A DNA stretch of 45,533 nucleotides from an uncultured Gemmatimonadota bacterium. Lineage in GTDB: Bacteria > Gemmatimonadota > Gemmatimonadetes > Palauibacterales > Palauibacteraceae. The stretch spans positions 1 to 45,533 of the forward strand of contig CAYMQZ010000004.1 of NCBI GenBank assembly GCA_964392705.1, written 5' to 3'. This document shows, one piece after another, positions 8,728-16,241 of the stretch (position 1 is its first letter; every line of letters starts with the position of its first letter). Made by a program: the position numbers and the translations under genes. The notes below the pieces were generated by a model. The model saw only the letters and a program-made list of their open reading frames with translations. It was not told where the DNA came from and searched no databases.

Positions 8728-9738
8728 GTGAGGGCGATCCGCATCGGCGATCCCGGCGGGCCCGAAGCCCTGCGGCTGGAGGAGGCGGCGGATCCGGTTC
8801 CCGGGCCGGATGACCTCCTGGTCCGCGTGCGGGCGGCGGCGCTGAACCGCGCGGATCTGATCCAGCGCAGGGGCGGCTATCCGGCGCCGCCCGACGCCCC
8901 CCCGGACGTTCCCGGCCTGGAGATGGCCGGCGAGGTCCTGTCCGTCGGCGAGCGCGCGCGGGCCGTCGGGAGCTTCTCCGAGGGCGATCGCGTCATGGGG
9001 CTGCTCGGAGGAGGCGGCTACGCCGAGCGGGCCCGGCTACCCGCGACGCACGCCATGCCGATTCCGGCCGGGCTCTCCTTCGAGGAGGCGGCGGCGGTCC
9101 CCGAGGTCTTCCTCACCGCGTGGGACGCGCTCTTCGCGCGCGGACGGCTGGGCGCCGGCGAGAGCGCCCTGATCCACTCGGCGGGCGGGGGCGTGGGAAC
9201 GGCCGCGATCCAGATCGCGCGGGCGGCGGGCGCCGCGCGGATCTTCGGCACCGCCTCCGGGGCGAAGCTCGAGGGGCTGGCCGAGCGCGGCCTGGACCTG
9301 GACGTGGCGGTCGACTACCGTCGCGAGTCCTTCGGAGCGGCCGTCCGGCGCGAGACGGGCGGTAGGGGCGTGGACGTGATCCTGGATACGGTGGGGGCGC
9401 CCTACTGGACGGAGAACGTGGCGTCCCTGGCGCCGCTCGGGCGCCTGGTGATCGTGGGGCTGCTGGGAGGAGCCGGAGCCGAGGTCGACCTGCGGGCGCT
9501 CATGCGGAAGCGCGCCACGGTGGTGGGGACGGTCCTCCGGCACCGGGCGGCGGCCGAGAAGGCGGCGCTGGTCCGGGAGTTCGTCGAGCGCGGCCTTCCC
9601 CTGTTCGCCGACGGCCGGCTGCGCCCCGTCGTGGACCGGACGTTCCCGCTGGAGGAGGCGTCCGGAGCGCACCGCTACATGGAGGAGAACCGCAACCTGG
9701 GGAAGATCGTGCTGACTCTCGAGGGCGGGTCTTCGTGA
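8728..9738 (+). CDS. NAD(P)H:quinone oxidoreductase (zeta-crystallin/PIG3-type MDR)
   Basis: GTG 8728 start. The sequence RAIRIGDPGGPEALRLEE...LLVRVRAAALNRADLIQRRGGYP...GLEMAGEV is typical of the family, with a GGGVG dinucleotide-binding motif (HSAGGGVGTAAIQIA) and C-terminal GKIVLT. Confidence 0.85.
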   Translation: MRAIRIGDPGGPEALRLEEAADPVPGPDDLLVRVRAAALNRADLIQRRGGYPAPPDAPPDVPGLEMAGEVLSVGERARAVGSFSEGDRVMGLLGGGGYAERARLPATHAMPIPAGLSFEEAAAVPEVFLTAWDALFARGRLGAGESALIHSAGGGVGTAAIQIARAAGAARIFGTASGAKLEGLAERGLDLDVAVDYRRESFGAAVRRETGGRGVDVILDTVGAPYWTENVASLAPLGRLVIVGLLGGAGAEVDLRALMRKRATVVGTVLRHRAAAEKAALVREFVERGLPLFADGRLRPVVDRTFPLEEASGAHRYMEENRNLGKIVLTLEGGSS

Positions 9739-10502
9739 CCCCGTGGACCGGGCAGCTCCTCCTGGCGAACGGGGTGATCTTCCTGGCCCAGCTCGCGATT
9801 CCGGGCCTGATGCAGGAGCTGTGGCTCGTGCCGGCGCTGATCCCCACCCGCCCCTGGACGCTGATCACCTACATGTTCCTGCACGGCGGCCTGTGGCACC
9901 TCGCCTTCAACATGATCGCCCTCTACTTCTTCGGGCCCCGGGTGGAGGCCCGGCTGGGCGGGACACGCTTCCTGTGGCTCTACTTCCTGAGCGGGATCAC
10001 CGGTGCCCTCCTCTCGCTCGCCTTCACGCCGTGGGCGCGGATCGTGGGGGCCTCGGGCGCCGTGTTCGGCATCCTCCTCGCGTTCGCCCGCTACTGGCCC
10101 CGGGAGAAGATCTACATCTGGGCCGTCCTCCCGATCGAGGCACGCTGGTTCGTCCTGCTCATCACCGCCTTCTCGCTGTACGCGGGCTTCACCGGGCAGT
10201 CGGGCGGCGTGGCGCATTTCGCCCACCTGGGCGGCTTCCTCGGCGGCTGGCTCTACCTGAAGTGGTCCGAGTGGCGCACGGGGGCGGCCCGGCGCGAGTT
10301 CCGGAAGAAGGTGCGGAGCCCGGCGCTCCGCGCCAGCGGCGGCGAGCTGAAGAAGAAGTTCGAGGCGATCGACCCGGAGGAGCTGCACGAGGCGAACCGG
10401 GCGGCGTACGATGAGATCGCGGGCAAGATCGACCGGGACGGCATCTCGACCCTGACGGACCGGGAACGCACCTTCATCGAGCGGTTCAGCCCGGGAGCGT
10501 GA
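9735..10502 (+). CDS. Rhomboid-family intramembrane serine protease with a charged C-terminal tail
   Basis: Motifs HGGLWHLAFNM, catalytic GASGAVFG and AHLGGFLGG. The GTG start overlaps the upstream stop (GTGA). Confidence 0.85.
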   Translation: MTPWTGQLLLANGVIFLAQLAIPGLMQELWLVPALIPTRPWTLITYMFLHGGLWHLAFNMIALYFFGPRVEARLGGTRFLWLYFLSGITGALLSLAFTPWARIVGASGAVFGILLAFARYWPREKIYIWAVLPIEARWFVLLITAFSLYAGFTGQSGGVAHFAHLGGFLGGWLYLKWSEWRTGAARREFRKKVRSPALRASGGELKKKFEAIDPEELHEANRAAYDEIAGKIDRDGISTLTDRERTFIERFSPGA

Positions 10503-13072
10503 GAGCGGTGGACCCGTCGCGGGAAGGCGGCCGGGGGACTTCCGCCCACGCGGCGAACGCGCCCGAGGCGGCGGGTCCGCCCGACGTGGGATCCCGCCGT
10601 CGGGTCCGGGCGCGGATCGAGGGGACGGTGCAGGGGGTGGGCTTCCGACCCTACGCCTACAGACTGGCGCGCGAGCTGGGACTCGCGGGCTGGGTGCGGA
10701 ACGACGCCCGCGGCGTGCTGCTGGAGGTCGAGGGAGGGGCCCGCGAGGTCGGGCGCTTCCTGGAGCGGCTGCCGGCGCAGGCTCCCCCGCTGGCGACGGT
10801 CGAGCGGGTCGAGAGCGAGGAGCGGGCGCCCGAGGGCGGGGCGGCGTTCCGAATCGTCGAGAGCGAGGGGGGCGCCCGGCCCTCGGCGCTCGTCTCGCCG
10901 GACACGGCGACCTGCGGGGATTGCCTGCGGGAGCTGTTCGACCCGGGCGACCGCCGCCATCGCTACCCGTTCATCAACTGTACGAACTGCGGCCCGCGTT
11001 TCACGATCGTGCGGGGCATCCCGTACGACCGGCCGCAGACCACGATGGCCTCCTTCACCATGTGCGAGCCGTGCCGCGCCGAGTACGAGGATCCGGGGAA
11101 CCGTCGCTTCCACGCGCAGCCGAACGCCTGCCCGGCGTGCGGCCCCACCGTCGCCCTGCGGGGCGCGGGGGGACGCCCGGTCCCCGAAGGGGACTCTCGG
11201 GACGCGGTGGAGGCGGCGGCGAGGGCGATTCTCGAGGGCGCCATCGTGGCGGTGAAGGGGCTCGGCGGCTTCCACCTGGCCTGCCGGGCCGACCACGAGG
11301 CCGCGGTGGCCGAGCTGCGGGGTCGCAAGCACCGCGAGGACAAGCCGTTCGCGCTGATGGTGCCGGACCTGTCCTCGGCGCGCGGGCTCGTCGAGCTGGG
11401 GGCCGAGGAGGAGGCTCTGCTCGCGGCGCGCGAGCGCCCGATCGTCCTGGCTCCGCGGCGGGCCGGCGCGGCGGTCGCCGAGGCGGCCGCTCCCGGCCAC
11501 CGGGACCTGGGCCTCATGCTGCCCTACTCGCCGCTCCACCACGTCCTCCTGGCGGACGCCGCCCGGCCGCTGGTGATGACCAGCGGGAACGTCTCCGACG
11601 AGCCGATCGCCTACCGGGACGAGGAGGCGATGGAGAGGCTGGCCGGGATCGCGGACCTGTTCCTGCTCCACGACCGGCCGATCCAGACCCGCACCGACGA
11701 CTCCGTGATGCGGGTCGTGTCGGTGGCCGGCGAGCGACGCCCCCTGATGCTCCGCCGGTCGCGAGGCTACGTGCCGGCGCCGGCCGATCTACCCGCCGAC
11801 GCCCCGCGGCCGATCCTGGCCTGCGGCGGGCACCTGAAGGTCACCTTCGCGCTGGCCCGGGGGCGCCGCGTCTGGGTCGGCCCCCACATCGGCGACCTCG
11901 AGAACCTGGAGACGCTCCTCTCCTTCGAGGAAGGGATCCGGCACCTGGAGCGGCTGTTCGAGCTGCAGCCGGACGTGGTCGCCCACGACCTGCACCCCGA
12001 GTACCTGTCGAGCAAGTACGCGCGGGAGCGCGCGGACCCTGCGGCTTCCCGGTCGAGCTTGCGTGGAGAGCGGGCCGGCCCCGGCCTCGAGCTCCTGGGC
12101 GTGCAGCACCACCACGCCCACCTGGCCGGCTGCCTGGCCGAGCACGGCGAGACCGGTCCGGCGCTCGGCGCGATCTACGACGGGACGGGCTACGGGCCCG
12201 ACGGCACGGTCTGGGGCGGGGAGCTGCTGCTCGGAGACCTGGAGAGCTTCGAGCGGGTGGGGTACCTGTGGCCGGTGCGCCTTCCGGGCGGCGAGGCCGC
12301 GGTCCGCCAGCCGTGGCGGATGGTCTGCGCGTGGCTCCTCGAGCTGGGGGAGGCGACCGGATCGGCAGGCGCGACCGGCGCGAGGGACGAATCGAGCCCG
12401 AAGGCCGAGACGGGGCCGCCGGGCGAGAGCGACCCGCGACGTCAGGTGCCCGCGCTTCCCGCCGCGCTGCAGGGCCGGGTCGATCCGGGGGACTGGGAGA
12501 ACGTCGCCCGGCTCGCCCGCTCGGGCCTCGCGTCCCCCGTCACCACCAGCATGGGCCGCCTGTTCGACGCGGTCTCGGCCCTGTGCGGTCTCCGGCTGCG
12601 GGTGACCTACGAGGGACAGGCGGCGATCGAGCTCGAGATGGCCGCGTCCCGGTACGACGGGAGAGCCGATGACCGGCCCGCCTATCCCCTGCCGCTCGCC
12701 GGGAGCGCGGAGGGCCGCCGGCTGCTGGACGCCCGCGCCACCGTCCGCGCGGCCCTCGAGGATCTGCAGGAGGGAGAGGCGGTCGGCCGGGTGGCGGCCC
12801 GGTTCCACGAGGGGGTCGCGGCCGGGACGGCCGAAGCGTGTCGCGTCGAGGCCGAGCGCGCCGGCGTCGAGACCGTGGTCCTGTCTGGCGGCGTGTTCCA
12901 GAACGTACGGCTCCTGGAGAGCACCGCGGCCCGGCTGGCGGCCTCCGGCCTGCGTCCCCTGGTGCCCGAGCGCTTTCCGCCCAACGACGGGGGTCTCTCG
13001 TACGGACAGGCGGCCTGCGCGGCGGCCCGGCTGGCCTCCGGCGCCGATGGGCGTCCGGCGGGCGCGAAATGA
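10499..13072 (+). CDS. hypF: [NiFe]-hydrogenase maturation carbamoyltransferase HypF
   Basis: Acylphosphatase domain (VRARIEGTVQGVGFRPYAYRLA...GWVRNDARGVLLEVEG). Two CxxC-x18-CxxC zinc fingers (CGDCLRELFDPGDRRHRYPFINCTNCGPRFT; CEPCRAEYEDPGNRRFHAQPNACPACGP). YrdC-like and Kae1-like C-terminal domains. The GTG start overlaps the rhomboid stop. Confidence 0.95.
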   Translation: MRAVDPSREGGRGTSAHAANAPEAAGPPDVGSRRRVRARIEGTVQGVGFRPYAYRLARELGLAGWVRNDARGVLLEVEGGAREVGRFLERLPAQAPPLATVERVESEERAPEGGAAFRIVESEGGARPSALVSPDTATCGDCLRELFDPGDRRHRYPFINCTNCGPRFTIVRGIPYDRPQTTMASFTMCEPCRAEYEDPGNRRFHAQPNACPACGPTVALRGAGGRPVPEGDSRDAVEAAARAILEGAIVAVKGLGGFHLACRADHEAAVAELRGRKHREDKPFALMVPDLSSARGLVELGAEEEALLAARERPIVLAPRRAGAAVAEAAAPGHRDLGLMLPYSPLHHVLLADAARPLVMTSGNVSDEPIAYRDEEAMERLAGIADLFLLHDRPIQTRTDDSVMRVVSVAGERRPLMLRRSRGYVPAPADLPADAPRPILACGGHLKVTFALARGRRVWVGPHIGDLENLETLLSFEEGIRHLERLFELQPDVVAHDLHPEYLSSKYARERADPAASRSSLRGERAGPGLELLGVQHHHAHLAGCLAEHGETGPALGAIYDGTGYGPDGTVWGGELLLGDLESFERVGYLWPVRLPGGEAAVRQPWRMVCAWLLELGEATGSAGATGARDESSPKAETGPPGESDPRRQVPALPAALQGRVDPGDWENVARLARSGLASPVTTSMGRLFDAVSALCGLRLRVTYEGQAAIELEMAASRYDGRADDRPAYPLPLAGSAEGRRLLDARATVRAALEDLQEGEAVGRVAARFHEGVAAGTAEACRVEAERAGVETVVLSGGVFQNVRLLESTAARLAASGLRPLVPERFPPNDGGLSYGQAACAAARLASGADGRPAGAK

Positions 13073-13243
13073 GGCCGTCGCGGTGCGGCCCTCGGTTCGC
13101 GGGCCCGCCCCCCGGCCGCCTTAACTTCGCCAGTCCGAAGCACCTTCGTTGCAGCGTCCTGTCTTGACTCGGAATCGGGCGTCTCTCCAATTGGTATGAA
13201 GATTGCCCGAGGATAGGGGCATCCTCGAGAGGCGGAGCGAAGC

Positions 13244-14521
13244 ATGACGCCACCCGAAGCGACGGCCCCGGCACCGGAGGCCCAGCTCCGGTCAACGGCC
13301 GAGATCACCCGCCGTCCGGATGTCGAGCCCGAGCCGAGCGCGAAGCGACTGCGCGAGGGCCCGCTCAAGACGATCCACGTCTTCTGGATGGCGGGGATGA
13401 GCTGCGACGGCTGCACGATCTCCGCCGCCGGCGCTACCAACCCGAGCGTCGAAGACCTCCTGAACGGCAACCTCCCCGGCCTCCCGAAGGTGATCCTCCA
13501 CCACCCGGTGCTCTCCGTCGAAGCGGGGGAGGAGTTCATCCACAACTTCCAGCTCGCCTGGGAAGGCAAGCTGGCCGCCCCGTACGTGTGCATCTACGAG
13601 GGGTCGATCGCCGACGAGCGGATCGCCGGCCGATCCGGCGGCTACTGGTCCGGCATGGGCGTGGAGCGGGGCGAGAACGGTCCCCAGCCCGTCCCGACGG
13701 CGAAGTGGCTGGAGCGCCTGGCGCCCGGAGCGGCGGCCGTGATCGCGATCGGGACCTGCGCCACCTGGGGCGGGATTCCCGCGGCCGCCGGCAACCCCAC
13801 GGGCGCGATGAGCGTGATGGACTTCCTGGGGGAGGATTTCCGAAGCGCGTACGGGCTCCCGGTGGTGAACATCCCGGGCTGCGCCCCGCAGGGCGACAAC
13901 TTCACGGAGACCGTGGCCGCCGTGCTCCTCTTCCTCCAGGGGATCGCCCCCATCCCCGACTTCGACGAGCTGGGCCGGCCCGCCTGGCTGTTCGGCGAGA
14001 CGGTGCACCGGGGCTGCACGCGCGCGGGGTGGTACGAGGAGGGCACCTTCGCCGAGGAGTACGGCGACAAGGAGTGCCTGGTCGACGTGGGCTGCTGGGG
14101 GCCGGTCGTCAACTGCAACATCGTGAAGCGCGGGGCGATCAACCACATGGGGGGCTGCATGGAGGCCGGCGGCGTGTGCATCGGCTGCACCATGCCCGGC
14201 TTCCCCGACAAGTTCAGCCCCTTCTACAAGACGCCGCCGGGCTCGGTGTTTTCGACCGCCGGCTCGCGGACCCTGGGCGGCGTCGTGCGCCGGCTGCGGC
14301 GCATGTCCATCCGGGAGCTCGACCGGGAGTCCCGGTGGGACGTCGCGGGCGACGTGCCCAGCGGCTGGGGGCACCTCCAGGAGCCGGGCATCTTCCGCAA
14401 GGCGATGCAGTTCTTCTACGAGATCTGGCAGTTCTGGGGCGCGGAGAAGCCGGGACGGGACGACGACGAGGGCTGGCCGCTCTCCCGTCCGGGCTCGAAG
14501 GACGACTACCCCGTCGGCTAG
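13244..14521 (+). CDS. [NiFe]-hydrogenase small subunit, Tat-less (uptake type, group 1h/1l-like)
   Basis: MAGMSCDGCTIS, GTCATWGGIP, PGCAPQGDNF, CTRAGW, CLVDVGCWGPVVNCN and GGCMEAGGVCIGCTMPGFPD are FeS ligand patterns of hydrogenase small subunits. There is no RRxFxK twin-arginine signal and no C-terminal hydrophobic anchor. Confidence 0.92.
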   Translation: MTPPEATAPAPEAQLRSTAEITRRPDVEPEPSAKRLREGPLKTIHVFWMAGMSCDGCTISAAGATNPSVEDLLNGNLPGLPKVILHHPVLSVEAGEEFIHNFQLAWEGKLAAPYVCIYEGSIADERIAGRSGGYWSGMGVERGENGPQPVPTAKWLERLAPGAAAVIAIGTCATWGGIPAAAGNPTGAMSVMDFLGEDFRSAYGLPVVNIPGCAPQGDNFTETVAAVLLFLQGIAPIPDFDELGRPAWLFGETVHRGCTRAGWYEEGTFAEEYGDKECLVDVGCWGPVVNCNIVKRGAINHMGGCMEAGGVCIGCTMPGFPDKFSPFYKTPPGSVFSTAGSRTLGGVVRRLRRMSIRELDRESRWDVAGDVPSGWGHLQEPGIFRKAMQFFYEIWQFWGAEKPGRDDDEGWPLSRPGSKDDYPVG

Positions 14522-14626
14522 GAAGCTCACCCGGGGGGGCGGCGCGGCCGCCGCCCGCGGAGAAGGCCGCGCGTCCGCGGCCGGCATGTCGCTCCGCGGC
14601 CGCCCTCGTCGCAAGGAAGGGAAGGA

Positions 14627-14944
14627 ATGCAGATGACCATGACCGTGCCCGAGCTCTTCCTGGACTGGGGCTTCTGGTACCTGGTCGGGACCGCCGTGGT
14701 GCTGATCGCGGCAGCGCTCCTGATCACGATCCTGCTCGTGGCGCGCTCCATCGCGGGGCACGCCGAGCGCGCCCTCGCGGCCGGTGCCCGGATCGAGGAG
14801 AACACGCGCGCCATCTGGGCCCTGCAGGACGCCCTGGAAGGGATGCGGACGATTCACGAGCGCGCCGGCGCGGTGGAGGAGAAGGCCGCGTTCCTGGCGG
14901 ACGCGGTCCACGGCGAGGGCGCGGCGCCGCGGACCGAGGCATGA
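14627..14944 (+). CDS. Small single-pass membrane protein 1 of 5 between the hydrogenase subunit genes
   Basis: 105 aa. Purine-rich SD (GGAAGGGAAGGA) upstream. One hydrophobic helix (FWYLVGTAVVLIAAALLITILLV) followed by an Ala/Glu/Arg-rich helical tail that contains RIEENTRAI. Confidence 0.7.
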   Translation: MQMTMTVPELFLDWGFWYLVGTAVVLIAAALLITILLVARSIAGHAERALAAGARIEENTRAIWALQDALEGMRTIHERAGAVEEKAAFLADAVHGEGAAPRTEA

Positions 14945-14966
14945 CCGCCGGAAGCGGGAGGCACGC

Positions 14967-15278
14967 GTGGAAGCCGTGAACGCGCCGATGTGGTGGATCA
15001 CGCTCGGCGTGGGGCTGGTGATCGTGCTCGTCGTGGCCCTGCTCCTTCAGCTCATCGTGAACACGGCCCGCCGGATCCGCGGGACCCTGGAAGCGATCTG
15101 GGTGGCGGGCCCGATGATCGCGAACAACACCGCTCACGTCGACCTCGTGCGGCGGATCAACCTGGTGGCTGGCCACATCCTGGAGGTGGCCGGCCGGATC
15201 GTCGGCCACACCGAGCGCATCCAGGAGCATGCGGACGGCTGCGCCGGGTGTCCCCACTGCGTGGTCGGATGGTCCTGA
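14967..15278 (+). CDS. Small single-pass membrane protein 2 of 5; C-terminal CxxCxxC
   Basis: About 103 aa from GTG 14967, preceded by GGGAGG 6 nt upstream (alternative starts GTG 14976, ATG 14988). Helix MWWITLGVGLVIVLVVALLLQLIV, a tail containing MIANNTAHV, and a C-terminus HADGCAGCPHCVVGWS. Confidence 0.65.
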   Translation: MEAVNAPMWWITLGVGLVIVLVVALLLQLIVNTARRIRGTLEAIWVAGPMIANNTAHVDLVRRINLVAGHILEVAGRIVGHTERIQEHADGCAGCPHCVVGWS

Positions 15279-15356
15279 TGCGACGCCCCATCCGGCACCG
15301 GAGGTCCTGATGCGAGGCGCAGCGCCGAATCGGAGACGCGGGAAGGAAGCCTGGCC

Positions 15357-15650
15357 ATGCTGTTGCTGACGGTCCTCACGATCGGCCTGGTCCTCCTGCT
15401 CGTGGGCGCGCTCGTCGTCTACCTGCTCAAGATCATCGCCGAGCTGGAGGCGATCGGAGGCGCGCCGACCAGCCTCCTGGCCCACGTGCGCTGGGGGGTG
15501 CGCGCGATCGAGGTGCAGACCCGGCCGATCGAGCCGGGCGTGGGCAGCCTGAACGCGGGTCTCGGCCAGATCGGCGAGGGACTGGCGGCGGTGCAGGCGA
15601 ACCTGCGGGGCCTGGCCCAGGCCCTGCGTAGACAGGGGTCCCGCTCATGA
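15357..15650 (+). CDS. Small single-pass membrane protein 3 of 5
   Basis: 97 aa. SD-like GGGAAGGAAG upstream. Helix LLLTVLTIGLVLLLVGALVVYLL and a helical tail containing AIEVQTRPI. Confidence 0.7.
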   Translation: MLLLTVLTIGLVLLLVGALVVYLLKIIAELEAIGGAPTSLLAHVRWGVRAIEVQTRPIEPGVGSLNAGLGQIGEGLAAVQANLRGLAQALRRQGSRS

Positions 15651-15955
15651 TCCAGGTGACGCTCCAGGCCCCGACCGCCGTGCTCGCGCTCTGGTGGGTC
15701 GCCCTCGGCCTGACGCTGCTCCTGATCGTGCCCGTCGCTCTCTACCTGCTGCACCGCACCTGGCGGGCGGCCCGGAACATCCAGCGCTACACGGCGGAGG
15801 CCCTGCGCGCCGGGGCGGGCATCGCGGCGCACACCGCGCAGCTCACGGCGCTGGACGACACGATCGCCGGGGCCGGCCCGCTGCTCGAGCGGACGGAGGC
15901 GATCCAGGGGCTCACGGCGGAGGTGAAAGAGATCCTCCTCGGGCGGGTGGGATAG
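15647..15955 (+). CDS. Small single-pass membrane protein 4 of 5
   Basis: 102 aa. ATGA overlap with the previous ORF. Helix VLALWWVALGLTLLLIVPVALYLL and a tail containing GIAAHTAQL. Confidence 0.7.
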   Translation: MIQVTLQAPTAVLALWWVALGLTLLLIVPVALYLLHRTWRAARNIQRYTAEALRAGAGIAAHTAQLTALDDTIAGAGPLLERTEAIQGLTAEVKEILLGRVG

Positions 15956-15963
15956 GAGACGGC

Positions 15964-16227
15964 ATGCTGCTCTACTGGCTCACGCTGGGCGTCGTGCTCG
16001 CGATCATCCTGGCCCTGGCGGGCTACCTGATCGCCATCGCCTGGGCGTTGGCGCGGGCGCGCGCCAACGTGGCCAGGCTGGCCGACGGCCTGGAGGCGAT
16101 CGCCGGCCACACCGATCCACTGGAAGAGAAGCTGGGGACGATCGGGAGCGCCGTCGGGCGCGTGGCCGACGGTTTCGGCGAGGTGGACCGCCACCTCGGC
16201 GAAGTGGCCTCGGCGCTGGGCGGATAG
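15964..16227 (+). CDS. Small single-pass membrane protein 5 of 5
   Basis: 87 aa from ATG 15964, with GGAGA 5 nt upstream. Helix LLYWLTLGVVLAIILALAGYLIAIAWAL and a tail containing AIAGHTDPL. Confidence 0.7.
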   Translation: MLLYWLTLGVVLAIILALAGYLIAIAWALARARANVARLADGLEAIAGHTDPLEEKLGTIGSAVGRVADGFGEVDRHLGEVASALGG

Positions 16228-16241
16228 AGGGGGAACGGATC

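Noticed and set aside
13164-13200. TTGACT (13164-13169) and TGgTATGAA (13192-13200) in the comparatively AT-rich region upstream of the hydrogenase small-subunit gene, as a sigma-70-type promoter. Similar cases are TTGACT-N17-ACTATT at 33557-33585 and TTGACA at 27048-27053.
   Set aside because: The hexamer spacing (25 nt) or the -10 quality is poor, and the promoter consensus for this lineage is unknown. They are plausible but not supportable as features without transcription-start data.
13244-13390. The RR dipeptide (ITRRPDVEP) in the small-subunit N-terminal extension as a Tat signal.
   Set aside because: There is no RRxFxK consensus and no following hydrophobic h-region. The segment is charged and Pro-rich.
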